From: Mytilus trossulus
Taxonomy: Eukaryota
NCBI RefSeq assembly: GCF_036588685.1
Contig: NC_086381.1
Coordinates: 52,328,001-52,392,000, forward strand
Reading direction: 5' to 3'
DNA length: 64,000 nt
Shown: positions 57,301-64,000 of the stretch, piece after piece
How the letters are laid out: every line of letters starts with the position of its first letter
How positions within the stretch are numbered: the stretch's first letter is position 1
Notes under the pieces: generated by a model
Databases searched by the model: none
Seen by the model: the letters and a program-made list of their open reading frames with translations, nothing else
What the model was told of the DNA's origin: nothing
Position numbers and translations under genes: made by a program

Positions 57301-60300
57301 TCGAAAAAATAACTAACATCAAGATCAACTACCGAAAGTCCTCTCGACCAATCATATCAATGTATTTCCTAATATGCAAATCATATTAGAATTATTTCAA
57401 CTTAACAAACATTATCATTTGTCAGTGTCAATAATTTTGACAATTTGCTGGTTGGTCCTTTGTAAATTTATCGTAATAGTTTTACTACATTTCATTTTCT
57501 GGTTAGGATTATTTTATTACTATTTTTAATTTAGTAACATTTTTTGATTATTTTTTTCTGATATAAATTAATCATATGTCCAATCTTAATGAAAACTTAC
57601 CATTTGAAAACAAAGATGCTACAGCGTAAGTTGTCCCTGAGATACTTTTAGGGGAAGATTCCAGTGCAATCACCCCAGCTATTGATATAGGTCCATATAT
57701 TGAAAAGCCAATTATAAAACCTATTAAGGAAATTAACATCTGCAATGCAAATTGAAAAAAAAACATATTTTAAAATTGATAACTAGCTGATGTTTGCACC
57801 TAAAACACACAAATCATAAATACATTTTATCTTAAGTGAAAAAACATCTTAAAGATATAGAGAAGCAGCTGATATATCTGCACCTAATATTTACAATTTG
57901 GTAAATATCAGACTGCAAAAATAGAAAGATATTTTTTTACTACAAATGTAACCATGCCCTACGGTGACCTATAGTTGTTAATGTTTGTGTCATTTTGGTC
58001 TTTTGAGGATAGTTGTCTCATTGGTAATCATACCACATCTTCTTTTTTATACGACCATGTTCAGTTCAGATTAGTTTCTTGTATGTTCCTCCATTTATTG
58101 TGGAGCATTACCCATAGGGTATAATTGTAGCAACTATATACACCTTAAAACATAAGGAAACATATAAAATGGTTTTGACCAGCTAACAACTCATGTTTAT
58201 GACATCATCATGAAAAATTCTGCTTTAAAAATAAATCATATGAATAAAATGAGAAATGTGGTATATGTTAATGAGACAAAAATTTAGCTTTACAAAAATA
58301 GATATTTTTTTTTCTTTTTTTTTCTTAAATTCCATTGCAATACTTGTTTGTCTTCCATTTATATAATTTTACCAATGCAAGAGTAAAGTCATGGTACCCA
58401 AATTGCACATATTTGGCAAAAATGACAATGACTAAGCGATTTGTATTATTTTATGATATGACACTATGCATGTCTTTTTCAACATATGTAAATATATTAG
58501 CATGGACTTATGTCAAATTATTCTATAAATATTTGAAGAAATAAAACAAGAGATCTCTTATTCTATTATAAGGATGTGAATTTTAGCATAGATGCAATTT
58601 TGGTATTCCTCATTACAGAATGATGGATTATTTGGACATTTGTTCAAACCCATTTTTCTATGATTCAATATGGATTCAAAATTGAATTGGTGGAAGCATA
58701 TAGTAAATAATGAAACATCTACAACATAAACACAGAAAGATAACTTTTGTCACGATCATAAATAAACATAGGTAAAAAAGAACATCGAAATAGGTAAAAT
58801 TTGGATCAGATATTTGATGCCATTGTTTTTTTTTCTAATTCTGAATGATAAAATCTGTGCAAAAACTAAGCTGGTCATCGTAAAAAGTCCCAAAATCTTT
58901 TTATTTTTCACTCTTTATCAATTTGGTAATTCTAAAAGAGTTACAGCAGATTTCAGTCAGTATGTAGCTAATGGTAATATCTTTGGTTAGCTTGCTTGTT
59001 AGCTGAACCGTGAATTCATTGTTAGGTTAGGTAAACTACCGTCCTTTAATAGTAGACTAGCCCAACAGATAACCAACCTATTTATCTGTAGGACTAAGCT
59101 ACTTTAAAAGGAGGGTAGTATACCTTACCTAACAATGACTTCACGGTTCAGCTAACAAGCAAGCTAACCAAAGATATTACCATTAGCTACATACTGACTG
59201 AAATCTGCTGTAAGTTTGAACTCTCTCAGACAAATCTGACCAAAACCATTTTGATTATCCTGTGTATGCCTTTTTTAAATCTGAATGCCTTAAATGTAAT
59301 ACATTTGGTCTTGAGCATACACAGTGAAAGTTATTCCCAAAATTTGGCAAGCACATGGAAATCTTTGCAATAAGTTTTAACTACTGTATAAGCATAAAAA
59401 TATTGAAAAAATAACACCACTTTTATTTAAAAACAAAAAAGTTGTGAATAAATTACCTTGGAGGAATCTTTATCAATAACTGTGATGAAACTATATAGTG
59501 CTACACCTAATACTATGAAAAAATAGATCCATAATGTCTTTCTTACTAAAAATTGTGGAATATTGGAATTCTGAAATAAAGAAATACAAAATAATTTTAA
59601 TTATAAATTAGGTTTAACCTTAATGGTTTTGTTTGTTCCTAAGTCAGGTGAAACTAAAACAATAGGCTTTTCTGGTTGTTTGTTTTTGTTTGTACGTCTA
59701 ATTTTTCAAAGGAGTTGGTTTTGGAGTATGGTGTTGTCTTGTACAAAACCATATTATCTTGAACAATTCTCGTTTATTTTTTTTTATTTTTTTTGTCAAA
59801 GATGGTTTCTAGTGGTTAGTGTGGTCTGTTATACTATTCAATATTTTAAGGGATTCCTGTAATCCCTTTTATGTGTAATTTATACAATGATACTATTCCA
59901 GAAAAGAAGGTATATGAGGGTTAATATTGTTTTCATCCCCCTTTTTTATGCCCCATTTATGGTCATTATGTTTTCTGGTCTGTGGGTTTGTCTGTTCATT
60001 CACTGTTTTTGATGAAGTTGAAGTCCAATTAACTTGAAACTTAGTAAACATGTTCCTTAGGATGGGATCCGATCTTTTTAATTTCATTGCCAAGTTAGAG
60101 AAAATAGAAAATGATACTGTAAATGGGGCATCGGGGTACTAAGGACACATTCTTGTTAAACATGCTTTTGTTGAAGATTTATACTATGAAAGAAACATTA
60201 AATCAGAATACTTACTTTTGAGATCATGTAGTCTGATGAATATCCTGCTATAAAACTTCCCACAATTCCTCCTACCTCAACACTACTGACAAAACCACTT

Positions 60301-60301
60301 C
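54207..60301 (-). CDS. SLC37A4: Glucose-6-phosphate exchanger SLC37A4-like (MFS/OPA family), last four coding exons; 5' part outside the window
   Basis: Exons (transcript order) 60301-60216 GSGFVSSVEVGGIVGSFIAGYSSDYMISK; 59570-59457 NSNIPQFLVRKTLWIYFFIVLGVALYSFITVIDKDSSK; 57739-57601 MLISLIGFIIGFSIYGPISIAGVIALESSPKSISGTTYAVASLFSN; 54385-54207 VGIFLAGLPFSYIAKQY...FMK*. These match recalled human G6PT motifs EVGGLVGSIAAGYLSD, YGPIALFGVIANESAP and FLAGLPFSTIAK, in the same order. Confidence 0.9.
54368..54575 (-). repeat. Three (plus one degenerate) tandem 62-66-bp copies of the SLC37A4 last-exon acceptor junction
   Basis: On +, ctgccaggaaaatgccaa|ctgaaaaagaaaattat recurs with the acceptor CTG at 54386, 54452 and 54514. 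Confidence 0.93.
54988..56838. mobile_element. Non-autonomous hAT-like DNA transposon (1,851 bp) with 8-bp target-site duplication
   Basis: TIRs CAGGGCTTCCAAAA / TTTTGGAAGCCTTG; TSD GTTAAATG at 54980-54987 and 56839-56846; subterminal (a)tgaccg repeats at 56655-56825; no transposase ORF; a left-end fragment at ~49092-49312. Confidence 0.9.
57601..57739 (-). CDS. SLC37A4: SLC37A4-like exon (139 nt)
   Basis: Lies within ORF 57572..57766; YGPISIAGVIALESSP motif; gcag| and |gtaag boundaries. Confidence 0.9.
58941..59213. mobile_element. 273-bp near-perfect foldback element in an SLC37A4 intron
   Basis: 132-bp arms, 9-nt loop (59073-59081), no indels; ends TTACAGC...GCTGTAA. Confidence 0.93.
59457..59570 (-). 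CDS. SLC37A4: SLC37A4-like exon (114 nt)
   Basis: ttcag|AAT...AAG|gtaatt; hydrophobic TM segment, phase 0-0. Confidence 0.82.
60216..60301 (-). CDS. SLC37A4: SLC37A4-like exon (86 nt)
   Basis: cag|GA...AAA|gtaag on the minus strand; EVGGIVGSFIAGYSSD motif. Confidence 0.9.
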
Positions 60302-60488
60302 CTGTTGATCAAATGTGATTACATGTATGAAAATTAAACAGTGCGTTGTATGGAAACATAAAGCTGAAGCTTTAAAAAGTAGTGTGAAAAACAAAGTCAA
60401 TCTTCCATCATAAATCTCAGATTGTTTTTTTTCCTTTTTAATTTGAAAATGGAATTGTAGCCCTGAAAAACTATCTTTTGTATAATAA

Positions 60489-63400
60489 AACTAGAGTCTC
60501 TAAAGAGCCTGTGTCGCTCACCTTGGTATATGTGAATTAAACAAAGGAAGCAGACAGTTCATGACAAAATTGTGTTTAGGTGATTGTGATGTGTTTGTAC
60601 AGCTTACTTTACTGAACATTCTTGCTGCTTACAATTATCTCAATCTATAATGAACTTGTCCGTGTAGTTTCAGTGGAAAATGTAAGTAAAAATTTACAAA
60701 TTTTATGAAAATTGTTAAAAATTGATTATAAAGGACAATAACTTCTTAGGGGGTCAATTGACCATTTTGGTCATTTGACTTCTTTTTGAGTCTTAAATTG
60801 CTGTTCATTATTGCTGTTTACAGTTTATCTCTATCTATAATAATATTCAAGATAATAACCCAAAACAGCAAAATTTCCTTAAAATTACCAATTTAGGGGC
60901 AGCAACCAAACAACAAGTTGTCCGATTCATCTAAAAATTTCAGGGCAGATAGATCTTGACCAGATAAACAATTTTACCCCTTGTCAGATTTGCTCTAAAT
61001 GCTTTGGTTTTTGAGTTATAAGCCAAAAACTGCATTTTACCCCTATGTTCTATTTTTAGCTGTAGCGGCCATCTTGGTTGGTTTGCCTGGTCACAAAACA
61101 CAATTTTTAAACTAGATAGCCTAATGATGATTTTGGCTTTGTAGTTTCAGAGAGAAAGATTTTTGTAAAAGTTAACTAAGATTTACGAAAAATGGTTAAA
61201 AATTGACTAGAAAGGGCAATAACTCCTAAAGGGGTTAACTGACCATTTTGGTTCTGTTGACTTATTTGTAAATCTTACTTTGCTGAACATTTTTGCTGTT
61301 TACAGTTTATCTCTATCCATAACAAGAGGCTCTAAAGAGCCTGTGTCGCTCACCTTGGTCTATGTGAATATTAAACAAAGGAAGCAGATGGATTCATGAC
61401 AAAATTGTGTTTTGGTGATGGTGATGTGTTTGTAAATCTTACTTTACTAAACAGTCTTGCTGCTTACAATTATCTCTATCTATAATGAACTTGGCCCAGT
61501 AGTTTCAGTGGAAAATGTTAGTAAAAATTTACAAATTTTCTGAAAATTGTTAAAAATTGACTATAAAGGACAATAACTCCTTAGGGGGTCAATTGACCAT
61601 TTCTGTCATGTTAACTTATTTGTAAATCTTACTTTGCTGAACATTATTACTGTTTACAGTTTATCTTTATCTATAATAATATTCAAGATAATAACCAAAA
61701 ACAGTAAAATTTCCTTAAGATTACTGATTCAGGGGCAGCAACCAAACAACGGGTTGTCAGATTCATCTAAAAATTGTACAGCAGATACATAGATGCCAAC
61801 CCCTTTTGACACAATCAGTAACAAACTATAAAATTTTCCGTATTTTTGAAAAGTTTTCAGTAATCACTCATAAACATGCATTTCCCAATAAAAATTACTG
61901 ACGAGTGGTTGCAAGGTGATGTGCACTAAAATTTGTCGTTTAACATGTTGTCCGTAGTATGTATTCCATTAATTAATTGTTCAGATTTTCTCGACTGGTA
62001 CGTTTTCATTTTGTCAAGGGGAAGTAGAGAAAGGGGGAAAGCTTCTTCATAAAATGCATGTTTGCCTCTTCGGAAGTCAGTTAATTATTCAAATATAGGT
62101 TGATAACTCCCGAGAAACCGGACGCATTACATTGGCGTTTTCTAAATACCGGACCAGGCCGGAAAAGTAATGATAAAATTTCCGCGTTTTACAAAATTGA
62201 ACAGCGATGATTGGTAATCCGTAACTATTTGACTTTGACTGTAATAGCGTAGTTTTTAAAGCAAAATCTGAAAAACTACGCTAAATTGTAATGGTTGGCA
62301 TCTAAGTAGATAGTTATTGATCAGATAAACAATGTAACCCCATGTCAAATTTGCTCTAAATGCATTGGTTTTTGAGTTAAAAGTCAAAAACTGCATTTTA
62401 CCTCTATGTTCTATTTTTTGCTGTGGCGGCCATTTTGATTTGATGGAAGGGTCACCGGACACATTTTTTAAACTAAATACCCCAAAGATGATTGTTGCCA
62501 AGTTTGGATTAATTTGGCCCAGTAGTTTCAGAGGAGAAGATTTTTGTAAAAGATAACTAAAATTTACGAAAAATGGTTAAAATTTACTATAAAGGACAAT
62601 AACTACTAAAGGGGTCAACTGACCATTTCGGTTGTGTTGACTTATTTGTAAAGCCTACTTTGCTAAACATTATTGCTGTTTACAGTTTATCTCTATCTAT
62701 AAAAATATTCAAGATAATAACCAAAAACAGCAAAATTTCCTTAAAATTACCAATTCAGGGGCAGCAACCCAACAAAGGGTTGTTCAATTCGTCTGAAAAT
62801 TTCAGGGCAGATAGATCTTGACCTAATAAACATTTATACCCCTATCAGATTAGCTCTAAATGCTTTGGTTTTTGAGCTATAAGCCAAAAACTGCATTTTA
62901 CCTCCATGTTCTATTTTTAGCCACGGCGGCCATCTTGGTTGGTTGACCGGGTCATGCCACACATTTTTTAAACTAGATACCCTAAAGATGATTGTTGCCA
63001 AGTTTGAATTAATTTGGCCCAGTAGTTTCAGAGGAGAAGATTTTTGTAAAAGATAACTAAGATTTAAGAAAAATGGTTAAAAATTTACTATAGAGGGCAA
63101 TAACTCCTAAAGGGGTCAACTGACCATTTCGGTCATGTTGACTTATTTGTAAATCTTACTTTGCTGAACATTATTGCTGTTTACAGTTATCTGTATCAAT
63201 AATAATATTCAAGATAATAACCAAAAACAGCAAAATTTCTTTAAAATTACCATTTCAAGGGCAGCAACACAACAACAGGTTGTCTGATTCGTCTGAAAAT
63301 TTCAGAGCAGATAGATCTTGACCTGATAAACAATTATACCCAATGTCAGATTTGCTCTAAATGCTTTTGTTTTTGAGTTATAAGCCAAAAACTGCATTTT

Positions 63401-64000
63401 ACCCCTATGTTCTATTTTTAGCGGTGGTGGCCATCTTGGTTGGTTGACGGGGTCACGCCACACATTTTTTAAACTAGATACCCTAATGATGAATGTGGCC
63501 AAGTTTGGTTTAATTTGGCCCAGTAGTTTCAGAGGAGAAGATTTTTGTAAAAGCTAACGACGACGGACGACGACGACGGACGATGGACAACAGACAACGG
63601 ATGACGACGACGGACGCCAAGTGATGGGAAAAGCTCACTTGGCCCTTTGGGCCAGGTGAGCTAATAATATTCAAGATAATATCCAAAAACAGCAAAATTT
63701 CCTTAAAATTACCAATTCAGGGGCAGCAACCCAACATCCAGTTGTCCAATTCATCTTAAAATTTCAAGGCAGATAGATCTTGACCAGATAAACAATTTTA
63801 CCCCTTGTCAGATTTGCTCTAAATGCTTTGTTTTTTGAGTAATAACCAAAAACTGCATTTAACCTCCATGTTCTATTTTTAGCCGTGGCAGCCATCTTGG
63901 TTGGTTGGCTGGGTAAAAAAACACACTTTTTAAACTATATACACCAATGATGATTGTGGCCAAGTTTGGATTAATTTCGTCAGGTAGTTTCAGAGGAGAA
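60489..64000 (+). mobile_element. Helentron/HINE (DINE-1/pearl-like) non-autonomous elements with ~500-bp tandem core repeats
   Basis: 5' ends aactagag..ctaaagagcctgtgtcgctcacct at 60489 and 61321; core marker ataatattcaagataataaccaaaaacagcaaaatttcc at ~60840, 61676, 62702, 63201 and 63664; GACG/ACGG microsatellite 63557-63617; 3' hairpin agctcacttggccctttgggccaggtgagct at 63632-63662. Confidence 0.8.
61788..62306. mobile_element. TIR element inserted in a HINE core repeat
   Basis: CATAGATGCCAACC...GGTTGGCATCTAAG; the host motif gcagatagatcttga is split, with an apparent ~6-bp duplication cagata/tagata. Confidence 0.72.

Noticed and set aside
62256-63695. Repeated minus-strand ORFs (MATIIFGV.../MATFIIRV...)
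   Set aside because: They are translations of the tandem core repeat; no transposase, helicase or RT motifs.
1-64000. tRNA, rRNA, snoRNA or prokaryotic systems
   Set aside because: None was recognisable by eye; small intronic ncRNAs cannot be excluded without an Infernal/Rfam search.

Overview
AT-rich animal genomic DNA with spliceosomal GT-AG introns. The repeat families look bivalve, probably Mytilus-like; that is inferred from recalled repeat types, not verified. About 50 kb of the + strand is the 3' part of one very large MAM/LDL-receptor class A (MALRD1-like) type I membrane protein gene. I traced 48 phase-consistent exons from 90 to the stop at 49925, about 6,000 codons, encoding ~30 MAM, ~19 LDLa, EGF, TM and a tail with two NPxY motifs; the 5' end lies upstream of the window. 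Tail-to-tail on the - strand are the last four coding exons of an SLC37A4-like glucose-6-phosphate transporter (54207-60301). Two observations stand out. (1) A 10,455-bp exon contains an intronless copy of a ~1,620-aa super-repeat (9 MAM + 3 LDLa), while the preceding collinear copy is split by 25 introns. (2) Short tandem duplications straddle at least five splice junctions in the two genes; every decoy splice site I translated gives a premature stop. Introns also hold a 30-bp minisatellite with higher-order structure, foldback MITEs, nested DNA transposons and a Helentron/HINE-like array. There are no prokaryotic features.
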